Positions 7,203-15,204 of a stretch of 38,934 nucleotides of DNA are shown in pieces. The translations under genes and the position numbers were made by a program. The DNA is taken from positions 74,070 to 113,003 of the IMG/VR virus record IMGVR_UViG_3300046500_000231, one strand, 5' to 3'. Under the pieces are notes generated by a model, which saw only the letters and a list, made by a program, of their open reading frames with translations, had not been told where the DNA came from and ran no database searches. This DNA is from a virus (Duplodnaviria; Heunggongvirae; Uroviricota; Caudoviricetes). Position 1 is the first letter of the stretch. Every line of letters begins with the position of its first letter.

Positions 7203-7383
7203 GCCCGCCGTCAGCGGGCACGACACGAAGGAAGAAGCCGAAGCCTACGACAAGTGGTTTCGGGAGGAAGTCCAGGCGGGCATCGCCGAAGCTGACGCGG
7301 GCCTGTTGACACCGCACGATCAGGTGGTAGCCGAAATGCGCGCATATCAGGAAAAGAAGCGTCGGGAGCGCAATGACCGTTAA
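7183..7383 (+). CDS. Type II antitoxin (stability-determinant / RelB-like)
   Basis: YDKWFREEVQAGIAEAD...TPHDQV motif. Overlaps the toxin start. ATG 7183 has an AAGGA RBS (alternative start 7174). Confidence 0.8.
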   Translation: MGNIWTEPAVSGHDTKEEAEAYDKWFREEVQAGIAEADAGLLTPHDQVVAEMRAYQEKKRRERNDR

Positions 7384-7642
7384 CTGGACCGACAGAGCGA
7401 AAAACCGACTCCAGTTCTACCACGATCAGATTTGGCAAGACTCACCGGGCGCGGCCGACTTCGTGATGGACGCGATACTCGCGGCGGCCGCCGCCCTGCC
7501 TGACCATCCCCAAATCTACCGCGAGGGGCGCAAGCCGAATACCCGCGAGATGGTCGTGCTTCCAAACTACATTGTCGTCTATCGGATCAGGTCTGATCGC
7601 ATCGACATTCTGAACGTGCTTCACGCCCGGCAGCGCCGATGA
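7373..7642 (+). CDS. RelE/ParE/StbE-family toxin
   Basis: MTVNWTDRA...YREGRKPNTREMVVLPNYIVVYRI...IDILNVLHARQ. Confidence 0.9.
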   Translation: MTVNWTDRAKNRLQFYHDQIWQDSPGAADFVMDAILAAAAALPDHPQIYREGRKPNTREMVVLPNYIVVYRIRSDRIDILNVLHARQRR

Positions 7643-7668
7643 AAAAGCCGCCCTTGAGGCGGCTTTCG
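7643..7668. terminator. Hairpin terminator between convergent genes
   Basis: AAAGCCGC-CCTTGAG-GCGGCTTT. Confidence 0.75.
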
Positions 7669-7672
7669 TTTA

Positions 7673-8305
7673 TCACTCCGACAACCACCTCGCGCGCTCG
7701 ATCTGCGGGTCCAGTTTGATGATGGTGCGATAGGCTTCGCGCAACTCCGGCCACTCCAGGTCAAACACGTCGGCGAGCTCCAGCGACAGACCAAAGAGCG
7801 GCGCCACCTTGTCGTCGATCTCCTGCCAGAACACATAGTGGGTGCGGATATGACGCGGTGCTGCCTTCAAAATCTCGTTAGCGAGCGGCGTGAGGCGCCC
7901 GTCGCGGCGAAAATTCAGTGCTCGCTCCCACTTGAGCGTGATGAGGTCATCAATCGGCATGTCGAGCTCGAGGCCAAAGAGGACGGCGGCCGGTCGGGGC
8001 TGCGTCAGTGCTTCTAAACCGACGCGCAGTTCGCCAAGCGTCATGCGCTCTTGCGGAATAGCGAAGCGCAGCAATGGCACGTCTGCAATCTCGCCTCGTG
8101 CGTGCGCTTGTCGCACCTGCATGAGCACAGTCTCAATGATCGACTTGCCCTCTTCGTCTTGGGCGTCGAGCTTCAGTCGCGTGAGAAAAGCGTGGAGCTG
8201 AACCGGGTGAATCCTGTCCAGCGGAGTCTCCCACATGGGAGAGGAAGCGAGGGGCGTATTGCCCAGGAGGGAAGACAACTCCCCAATGTCTTTGAGCGCC
8301 TGCAT
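7673..8305 (-). CDS. Hypothetical protein with a degenerate tyrosine-recombinase-like segment
   Basis: AAVLFGLELDMPIDDLITLKWE resembles the integrase box (LLLxTGxRxxELxxLxW) but lacks the catalytic Arg. No HxxR motif follows. Confidence 0.65.
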   Translation of the reverse strand: MQALKDIGELSSLLGNTPLASSPMWETPLDRIHPVQLHAFLTRLKLDAQDEEGKSIIETVLMQVRQAHARGEIADVPLLRFAIPQERMTLGELRVGLEALTQPRPAAVLFGLELDMPIDDLITLKWERALNFRRDGRLTPLANEILKAAPRHIRTHYVFWQEIDDKVAPLFGLSLELADVFDLEWPELREAYRTIIKLDPQIERARWLSE

Positions 8306-8345
8306 GAATGTTCTCCAGAGGCGCTCAAAGATACCACAGGGTCGG

Positions 8346-8621
8346 TCACTGCTGGCGCTCTCGAACCTCCTCCTTGAGTTCTTCGAGCGTGGCCTGGCGC
8401 GCGGCGGACTGCCGGCTCAGTTCCATGAACTGCGTGCGCAGATGCACGATCTGGCCGCTGTAGATCGCCCTCGCGCCTAGCGAGAGGGAGAGCGCGGCCG
8501 CGAGCGTCATGAAGCAGAGAATCGCAGCCTGCGAGGACTCGAGCCCGACCGACAGTAGACAGGCAAGCTGCACGGCGACGATGACGACAAACAGCACGCC
8601 ATAGAACAGGCGGTTGCTCAT
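8346..8621 (-). CDS. Small membrane protein (2 TM plus coiled coil)
   Basis: From ATG 8621 (ATGA overlap with the upstream stop): MSNRLFYGVLFVVIVAVQLACLL..., two hydrophobic segments. Confidence 0.65.
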   Translation of the reverse strand: MSNRLFYGVLFVVIVAVQLACLLSVGLESSQAAILCFMTLAAALSLSLGARAIYSGQIVHLRTQFMELSRQSAARQATLEELKEEVRERQQ

Positions 8622-9283
8622 GCCGCCACCTGCTGAATCGGATGCACGCCGGCGAGACCCAGCACCTTCGACTTGATGACGCGGATCACCGACTCCTCGT
8701 TCTCCCGCTCGAAGACCGGCACGTAGAGGTCGATCACGTCGGACCCGGCCGTTTCCGCCCAGCGCTGCTCGGTGGTGAGCATTTCCTTCAGCCGCCCGGC
8801 GTAGTTCTTGACCATCGCCGCGGTGTCGTCGGGGCTCTTGTGGATCATCGCTTCGGCGATATCGATGCCGGCGCGCTTCAGAAAGCGCTCCGCGATCACC
8901 TGCGGCGGATTGTCGACGTAGACGGCAACGTGCGGCACTCCGTTCGCTTGGGCCCATTTGCGGATCTGGGCGAGGCCGATCGGCTCACAGACGAGCACCA
9001 CGTCCTTGCCCTGCGTGAACTTGTCTTTGACTTCCTTCACAGACAGGCCGTAGCGGTTACCGCCGAACTTCACTTCCTCGATGAAAGCGCCCTGCACCGA
9101 CAGCCGGTTGAACATGCTGTTATCGATGAAGTGGTAGCTCTGGCCGTCGACCTCCCCTTCGCGCGGCTGCCGCGTGGTGGTGCTCGTGAGTGCGGCGAAG
9201 CCTTCCGCGCGCAGCAACCCTTCGAGCGTGGTCTTGCCCGAGCAGGTCGGGCCCGTGAGTGTGACGATGGTGCGCTTACGCAT
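8618..9283 (-). CDS. Guanylate-kinase-like nucleotide kinase
   Basis: P-loop GPTCSGKTT, STTTRQPREGEVDGQSYHF and FIEEVKFGGNRYG. The C-terminal half is divergent. Confidence 0.85.
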   Translation of the reverse strand: MRKRTIVTLTGPTCSGKTTLEGLLRAEGFAALTSTTTRQPREGEVDGQSYHFIDNSMFNRLSVQGAFIEEVKFGGNRYGLSVKEVKDKFTQGKDVVLVCEPIGLAQIRKWAQANGVPHVAVYVDNPPQVIAERFLKRAGIDIAEAMIHKSPDDTAAMVKNYAGRLKEMLTTEQRWAETAGSDVIDLYVPVFERENEESVIRVIKSKVLGLAGVHPIQQVAA

Positions 9284-9488
9284 TGGTTGACTCCTGTGCC
9301 GGTGCCGACTTCGCAGCCAGCTTGGTCGTGATGACTTCGAGGAAGCGGCACATTGTGATCAAATCCACTTCCTGGTTGTGTTTGTTAAGCACGACGATGC
9401 GCGTGCCGATCATGCCGCGATCGAACGGCATCACGACGTGGCGCCAGGGCATCGTCGCCTGAATTGCTTTGAACTCAACCTCGTCCAT
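9276..9488 (-). CDS. Hypothetical phage protein
   Basis: From ATG 9488 (TGATG overlap): MDEVEFKAIQATMPWRH.... Confidence 0.6.
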   Translation of the reverse strand: MDEVEFKAIQATMPWRHVVMPFDRGMIGTRIVVLNKHNQEVDLITMCRFLEVITTKLAAKSAPAQESTNA

Positions 9489-9670
9489 CACCAGACTCCG
9501 AACCAGATGCCAATGCCGTGAATGATGGCGACCGGAAACATCAGCGCGCCTGCGATGAGGAAGCCCCACTTGCCGTGATCGAGGCAGTTGACGATGTGCG
9601 TGAGCCACGCCACCGCGAACGCCACGAACAGGAGCACGGCGATCGACGCGTTACCAAGTTGCTTTTTCAT
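9488..9670 (-). CDS. Small membrane protein
   Basis: 60 aa with two hydrophobic helices, within a chain of coupled genes. Confidence 0.7.
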   Translation of the reverse strand: MKKQLGNASIAVLLFVAFAVAWLTHIVNCLDHGKWGFLIAGALMFPVAIIHGIGIWFGVW

Positions 9671-10091
9671 GTGCTTTCTCCAAAGCCAGTGTGTTGATTT
9701 GAATTTGTTCGTCGGCGGACAGGTCGAGGCCGACGTGCTTCATCGCGATTGCGCGCATGTCGTTTAAATGCGCGCGTGTCGCTGCCAATGCTGCTTCGTG
9801 TGATTGCGTTGCTTCACCGCTCGATGGACGCAACCCTTGCTTGTAGAGCGCGTCAAACAGCACTTGCGCGGCCTTGTGCGTGAGTGTGAACATCGGTTCG
9901 GGTGGCATCATCTGACCGGTCGGGACGTTCTCGACTTCGACCGTGCCAAGCGGGCGGATCACGCCGACTCCGGTTGGGCCGCGGTAGGAGAGTGCGTGAA
10001 CGTCATATCCGCCCACGCCCATGTTCTCGCGCAGCATTGCCTCCTCGAGCCAGAGGGTCGGCACGGCCTTGATGACGGGCGTGGTGCTCAC
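9651..10091 (-). CDS. Hypothetical phage protein
   Basis: GTG 10091 overlaps the upstream stop; (M)STTPVIKAVPTLWLEE.... Confidence 0.65.
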   Translation of the reverse strand: MSTTPVIKAVPTLWLEEAMLRENMGVGGYDVHALSYRGPTGVGVIRPLGTVEVENVPTGQMMPPEPMFTLTHKAAQVLFDALYKQGLRPSSGEATQSHEAALAATRAHLNDMRAIAMKHVGLDLSADEQIQINTLALEKAHEKATW

Positions 10092-10282
10092 TTCTTCGGC
10101 TCCTCGTGAATGACTTCGCCCAGCGCCGAGTCGATGCGCAGCACCATACCGCCCGGCGGGCACTGAGCGACAGCCTGATAGCGGCGCACATACACCTTCA
10201 CGCCGCTATAGCGCTTGTGCTGCTCGCCTTGCTCGTTGAGCACGATGAAGAGTTCCTTGATGGGGCTTTTGGCGACTTTCAT
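10088..10282 (-). CDS. Hypothetical phage protein
   Basis: 64-aa ORF coupled to the ligase stop. Confidence 0.65.
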   Translation of the reverse strand: MKVAKSPIKELFIVLNEQGEQHKRYSGVKVYVRRYQAVAQCPPGGMVLRIDSALGEVIHEEPKK

Positions 10283-11667
10283 GCCGTCTCCTCGACCTTC
10301 TTGCCGGTGACTGCGTTGGCGCGAGCAGCCAGCACGTCTTCAAGGCTGTCGGCGGCGTATTTGTCGATGCGATACCAGTCTTCGGCCATGCGCGGCAGAA
10401 AGAGGCTATGCAGCGGGTTGCTGTCGGAGGGATACATGACCTCGTTGAAGCGCACCGGCCAAATGCGGTCGAGGAACGCTTCGCGATTCGCGTCGATGGC
10501 ATCGCGCAGCTTTTCGTTTTTCACCGCCACATAAACGCGCAGCTTGTCGTCGCGGGTGCGCATGCCCACGCGCCCTGCCCGGCCTTCGTTCTTCGTGCCT
10601 GCTTCGCCGTCGAGGATCTCGAACGACTCCAGATCGACGTCGATCTCCAGCTTGAGCTTGACCACATCGGGGTTGCCGCTGGAGGTGTCTTTCCAGCCAC
10701 CGTCGCCGTTCTTAATGACCGTGCCTTCCTTGCCTTCGATCTGCAGGCTTGCGCAGTGCGCATAGGCTTCGTCAAGCGAATGAACGACCTTCGTCGGGAT
10801 CAGTCTGACCGCCTGATTGTCACGCCCGTGCAACTGCTGGATCAGTCGTGTAATGCGACGGCGATATGGCGTATCGACCTTACCCTTCGGCACCGCCGCT
10901 TCGAGCGGGATTTGATCCCACGCATAGAACACCGGCAATTCATTTGCCGCGAAACTCCCGCCGGCAAGCACACTGTTCAGAATGCCGTTACCGGTGGCAC
11001 GGTCCGCAATCACGCCGTCGATAAGCACGACGATTTCGCCGTGTGTTTGCGTGCCCTTGTTGAACGTCTCGCGGATTTCGGCTTCCATCTCCGGGAAAGC
11101 CTCGATCGGCAGTTCATTACCCTGGCGCGTGGTCAGACGCACGATACCTGCGTTGTCGTGGTCGACGTTCGTGAAGGCGCCGTCAGCCTTGTGCTGACTG
11201 AAGACACCCTCTTCCCACGTCCACTTGTCGAACTTAGCCTTCTCCGGCAGCACGCAGCGCATATAGGGGAACGCGCGAATCGTGCCCTTCTTCGCCTTGT
11301 TGGCGGTTTCCGCCGAGAAGCCTGCGCGCAGGTCTTTCTTGATGATTCGCCAGAAGAGTTCGGATGATTCCGGCTCCAGGCGAATCATTTCGCCCGTGAC
11401 AGCCATGATCGCGTTGTTGCCGGTCACGCGGCGCTCTGCCAGATCAGCGATGAGACGCCAGGTGCCATCGTCAAACAGTTCGTCGCCGATCGCGCCTGCG
11501 ACCGGGCGCTTGCTGATGCCGTAGCTCACGAGCGGGTCGAGTGAGGCGACGAGCACGCGCTCAAAGTCGGCGTCGACGAGATAGGCGGAGACGAGCGCCT
11601 GCTTGTCGTTCTTGCTGCTGGTTCTGGCGATCAGGTCGATCACCTGAAAAATGTCCTTCGAGTTCAT
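10279..11667 (-). CDS. lig: Phage ATP-dependent DNA ligase (full length)
   Basis: SQHKADG (KxDG), THGEIV, FYAWDQI, EGKEGTVIKN and VKLK, with an N-terminal helical domain and a C-terminal OB-like region. Confidence 0.9.
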   Translation of the reverse strand: MNSKDIFQVIDLIARTSSKNDKQALVSAYLVDADFERVLVASLDPLVSYGISKRPVAGAIGDELFDDGTWRLIADLAERRVTGNNAIMAVTGEMIRLEPESSELFWRIIKKDLRAGFSAETANKAKKGTIRAFPYMRCVLPEKAKFDKWTWEEGVFSQHKADGAFTNVDHDNAGIVRLTTRQGNELPIEAFPEMEAEIRETFNKGTQTHGEIVVLIDGVIADRATGNGILNSVLAGGSFAANELPVFYAWDQIPLEAAVPKGKVDTPYRRRITRLIQQLHGRDNQAVRLIPTKVVHSLDEAYAHCASLQIEGKEGTVIKNGDGGWKDTSSGNPDVVKLKLEIDVDLESFEILDGEAGTKNEGRAGRVGMRTRDDKLRVYVAVKNEKLRDAIDANREAFLDRIWPVRFNEVMYPSDSNPLHSLFLPRMAEDWYRIDKYAADSLEDVLAARANAVTGKKVEETA

Positions 11668-11677
11668 AGCTCTCCCT

Positions 11678-12379
11678 TTAGTGTGTGGTTTGTGCGGCTT
11701 CTTTCTCTTTGAGCGCGCGAACGCGCTTGGCGAAATCGAGCATCGTTTCGCCCGGCAGCATCTTGGGCGGGGCGATCGTTGCTCGCGGGGGTTCTGCGGC
11801 GACAGCCGCAGCGGGTGTTGGTGTGGGCATGACTGGTAGTTGCGTTTTCGCCTTCGAACGCTCAGCCGCCTCGACCATGATTGAGGTCACGGCGGCCGTG
11901 AGTGCGTCCGCATAACCGCCGCTACCGACGACCACGCTGGGCGTAACCTGCGGTGCGGTTTTTGTGACGGGAGGCGGCGTGGCGCCCTTCTTCGCCTCAC
12001 GCTCGGCGCGCGCTTCCTTGCTCGCGGCCTTGAGCTCGTCGAGGAACGCCGACGTGATGGGCGCCTTCGCTTGCGCGTTGAAGAATTCGAGTTGCTTGGC
12101 GCGGTCGATGTAGAACATCGCGCGGCCTTCGAGCTGCTCCTGAGCGCGCATGGAGAGCGCCGGGCAGGTCTTGCCTTCGATCGCCGTCGTGCAGCCCGAG
12201 AACACGCTCGGCATCCGGCCTTCCTCGACCGCGGCGACCTTGTTCAGACACACCGCATAACCGGGACGGCAGCCGCCCGCCGCGCAGTAATCCATGTAGT
12301 AGGCGTTCGTGCCCGCTGCGGACTGTGCCGGCGGGTAATACGTGTCGTCTTTGAAGACGGGCTTCTCGATCTGAGCCAT
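11678..12379 (-). CDS. Hypothetical phage protein (Cys-rich N-terminus, Ala/Pro-rich linker)
   Basis: ATG 12379 with AGGGGAG RBS; NAYYMDYC...RPGYAVCL...C...CPA. Confidence 0.7.
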   Translation of the reverse strand: MAQIEKPVFKDDTYYPPAQSAAGTNAYYMDYCAAGGCRPGYAVCLNKVAAVEEGRMPSVFSGCTTAIEGKTCPALSMRAQEQLEGRAMFYIDRAKQLEFFNAQAKAPITSAFLDELKAASKEARAEREAKKGATPPPVTKTAPQVTPSVVVGSGGYADALTAAVTSIMVEAAERSKAKTQLPVMPTPTPAAAVAAEPPRATIAPPKMLPGETMLDFAKRVRALKEKEAAQTTH

Positions 12380-12390
12380 GTGCTCTCCCC

Positions 12391-12663
12391 TTACCAGGTG
12401 CCCCACTCGGGGCGGAATTCTTCGAACTCTTGCCGCGCGTCAGCATGGGCGCGCAGCATGTTGGCGAATGTGTTGATGACGGCCTTCTTCTCGGCGGCCT
12501 GGCGGATCACGCTGTTGAGGCGAAACTTCGCGTCGAACTCGACCAGCTTTCGAACGTCAGGCGACATGCCGGCGAGCAGTTCTTCTGCACCCTCACGGCG
12601 TCCGTCATCGCGGCCCTCGTAATACGCCGCGTTCTCTGCTTCGAACGGATCAGGCTCAATCAC
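12391..12663 (-). CDS. Hypothetical protein ending in WGTW
   Basis: GTG 12663 overlaps the upstream stop (GTGA). Confidence 0.65.
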   Translation of the reverse strand: MIEPDPFEAENAAYYEGRDDGRREGAEELLAGMSPDVRKLVEFDAKFRLNSVIRQAAEKKAVINTFANMLRAHADARQEFEEFRPEWGTW

Positions 12664-13127
12664 CACGACCCCCACGCTTCGCCGCGATCGACGTTCTCCT
12701 CGACAGCGGGCTTACGCGCCGGACGTGCTTCAATCGGCACGTCGGCCGTCGCATCAAGCGCCAACTTCGTGAATAGCGCCTCGCGCGTGGCGGGTCCGGT
12801 GTAGTGCCGCTCCTTCTTGAGCGCGTTCGAATCCCATGTGCCGCCCTTTGAGCTGGCGATGTAGCCGAACGTGGTCGAGCGATCGATTTGGTAGTCGCCC
12901 TTCTGCTTGGCGTTAAATTGCCTGGCCGCGCTGTCTGTCATGGCCGGGCCGGAGTCGTGCTCGATGATCTTCATCTGCCCGCCGCCGGACTTCATCTGCG
13001 CGACCGGACCCCAGCGGCGCACTTCGACATAGCGACGCGCGATCGGGTTGGTGAACGCGATGATTTCGTAAAACTTAGTCCCGCCCGAGTGAATCTGCAG
13101 TGTAGGGCTAACAGTGATCGTTGACAT
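12660..13127 (-). CDS. WGR-domain-like protein ending in WGSW
   Basis: ATG 13127 with AGAGGA RBS. KFYEI...VEVRRWG...KQKGDY resembles the WGR nucleic-acid-binding fold. Confidence 0.65.
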   Translation of the reverse strand: MSTITVSPTLQIHSGGTKFYEIIAFTNPIARRYVEVRRWGPVAQMKSGGGQMKIIEHDSGPAMTDSAARQFNAKQKGDYQIDRSTTFGYIASSKGGTWDSNALKKERHYTGPATREALFTKLALDATADVPIEARPARKPAVEENVDRGEAWGSW

Positions 13128-13197
13128 TGATCGTTCCTCTTTCGCGCTAGACGTTGCGCGTCTCAATGAAATTCATTCTACGGTGCGCACATCGGGA

Positions 13198-13218
13198 AGT
13201 ATAGTCAGTAATGACTAT
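13198..13218. promoter_or_regulatory. Perfect operator AGTCA-GTAA-TGACT with leftward -10-like TATACT
   Basis: Operator at 13203-13216. The 22-mer TATAGTCAGTAATGACTATTGC is identical to 17099-17120. Confidence 0.75.
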
Positions 13219-13233
13219 TGCCTAGAATAAAAT

Positions 13234-14310
13234 TTAACGCCCCTTCGTGAGTCTCATGCGCGTCGCAGTCAGCGGATTGATGGTGGTGGCTTTCCAGAAG
13301 GCGTCGCGCACGACAGACGGCGGCACTTCGTTGGGATCGCGCCCTTCCGGGAGCACCGCCACGCGCGCAGTCAGCCCGATCGATTTCACCTTCAGCGCCG
13401 CCTCAATGGCCGCGTCGATCGCTTTGGGTTCGCCATCCCACATGAACGTAACCGCCTCCAGCCCGCGCTCCCTGAGCGTGGCGAGCTTTGCCATCTGCGA
13501 GGCGTCGTCGCCGTGCGAGAGGTGCTTGCCGAAGCTGCCCACCGGCACCACGTCGCGCAGTTCCGCCTGCTCATCGAGCGCGATCTTGGTGGCGGCGACG
13601 TCGAACACCCCTTCGCCGATCACGATGTGCTTGGCGTTGAGCGCGTTCTGGCCGTTGTAGAGGACCGAGCCCGTCGAGGCGAAGCCCGGCGGGAACAGGT
13701 ATTTCTTGTCCGCCTCGCCGGTGGTGTCGCGCCCCTGGAAGGTCACGAGGTCGCCCTCGAGGTCGAAGACGGGAATGATCACGCGATGGGCGTAGTTCTG
13801 CGCACGCGTTTTGCCGTCATCATCCTTGTAGAAGAACTTGCCGTCGAGCGAGAAGCGCAGATGGAAGTATTGAGCGATGCGCGCCGTGATGTTGCGGTTG
13901 TCCAGATACTTGAGGTTGCGCCCGTTGTGCGGCAGCGCGATCGACTTCGGCAGCTTCAGTTCCGTGTCCAGGTTCACCGCGACGGCGACTTTCTTCTTCG
14001 GCCGCCAGCCTTGCGTGCGCGCAAATGAGGTGATGTGGTCGATCACCTCACGATTGCTGTCCATGCCAAGCTGCGCCCGAATGAGCGTGAACTTGTTGAA
14101 CTTTTCTTCGCACACGAAGCAGTTGCCAAGACCCGTCTCCAGCCCTACGTAGACTTTCCAGCTTGAATTGCCGCAGCATGGGCACTCCTTGATATTGGCC
14201 TGGCGACCGCGAGCCCCACGAGTCTGCTTATAGGCGATACCCTGGTCATCGAGCCAATATTCAATATCGAGGCTCTCAAGCGCCTCTTGCAAATCGCCTC
14301 GATCGTTCAC
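13234..14310 (-). CDS. DNA primase (Zn finger plus TOPRIM)
   Basis: CPCC...CFVC zinc finger, FQGRD, GEGVFD and MWDGE. GTG at 14310 (or 14313) overlaps the HNH stop. Confidence 0.88.
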   Translation of the reverse strand: MNDRGDLQEALESLDIEYWLDDQGIAYKQTRGARGRQANIKECPCCGNSSWKVYVGLETGLGNCFVCEEKFNKFTLIRAQLGMDSNREVIDHITSFARTQGWRPKKKVAVAVNLDTELKLPKSIALPHNGRNLKYLDNRNITARIAQYFHLRFSLDGKFFYKDDDGKTRAQNYAHRVIIPVFDLEGDLVTFQGRDTTGEADKKYLFPPGFASTGSVLYNGQNALNAKHIVIGEGVFDVAATKIALDEQAELRDVVPVGSFGKHLSHGDDASQMAKLATLRERGLEAVTFMWDGEPKAIDAAIEAALKVKSIGLTARVAVLPEGRDPNEVPPSVVRDAFWKATTINPLTATRMRLTKGR

Positions 14311-14825
14311 CACGTCGCCCCTCGCTTAATTTTGCTCACAGTCGCTTGCGTGACGTCATGTGCGGCCGCAATAAGGCGCTGCAGCTCTCCTTCCGCGAGC
14401 CGACGACGAATATCGGCCACCGCTTCTTCGTTCAACTTGGCAGACGGATTTCTCTCGCCCTTCGGGTCCGTTCCGTGCAGTGCGCGATCCATCGCATTCT
14501 CGAGGCGCGTGCCATACCGGAGATTGCTCAGGACGTTGTTACCCTTGTTGCCGTCACCGTGACACACCTCAAGCCCTTCAGGGCACGGGCCTTCGAAGGT
14601 GAGCATTACGAGAATATGGACGGCCCACACCTTCTGGCCGTTGTTATGCAGCGTAACCATGTGATAGTTCCAGCTATTCGGCGCGGCCTTTAGAACCCTG
14701 CCCGCCTGCAATCTGTGACCGCCGTGCCACAGTCGTTGCATACGGTCGAGACTTCTAATTCTCCCGAGATTGGACGCTTGATAAAGCCCTTCATACCCCG
14801 GAATGTCGCGCCATTCTTCGATCAT
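14307..14825 (-). mobile_element. Free-standing NUMOD4-HNH homing endonuclease
   Basis: EEWRDIPGYEGLYQASNLGRIRS (NUMOD4), VHILV and CHGDGNKGNNVLSNL (HNH). Confidence 0.9.
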
Positions 14826-14902
14826 TTTTCACACCGTTTTAGAACACATGCGCGCACGATACGCGCTGAAAACAGGGGTTTGTGCAACCCCTGTGAAATC
14901 AC

Positions 14903-15004
14903 CTAACTACACGCCACGGCGAGCAGGGTGATAAGGATGGGCACCGTGATGCGCCCGCCGGTGAAAATGATCATCAGGAGCAAGAAGACCCAGGGGTGGC
15001 TCAT
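14903..15004 (-). CDS. 33-aa hydrophobic peptide
   Basis: MSHPWVFLLLMIIFTGGRITVPILITLLAVACS; ATGA overlap with the upstream gene. Confidence 0.45.
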   Translation of the reverse strand: MSHPWVFLLLMIIFTGGRITVPILITLLAVACS

Positions 15005-15204
15005 GCCGGCCGTCCGCTGACCTGGCCGGCCGTGTCCAGCAATTCGCCGATGCGGCGGCTCACTTCGGCGGCCGCGCCGACGGCATGAGGGTTGCCGCGG
15101 TTTTCTTCCATGACGTCCTCGCAGGTCGCCTGCCCTTGCGCAAGCCCAATCTCGTAGCCTTGCGCGAAGCACTCCATTTCCTTTTTGTGGTTGAAAACGC
15201 CCAT
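15001..15204 (-). CDS. Hypothetical protein
   Basis: TAATG overlap with the helicase stop. Confidence 0.6.
   Translation of the reverse strand: MGVFNHKKEMECFAQGYEIGLAQGQATCEDVMEENRGNPHAVGAAAEVSRRIGELLDTAGQVSGRPA

Noticed and set aside
7673-8305. Functional integrase / integrated prophage
   Set aside because: Catalytic residues are not recognisable and no att-like site or chromosomal flank is visible.
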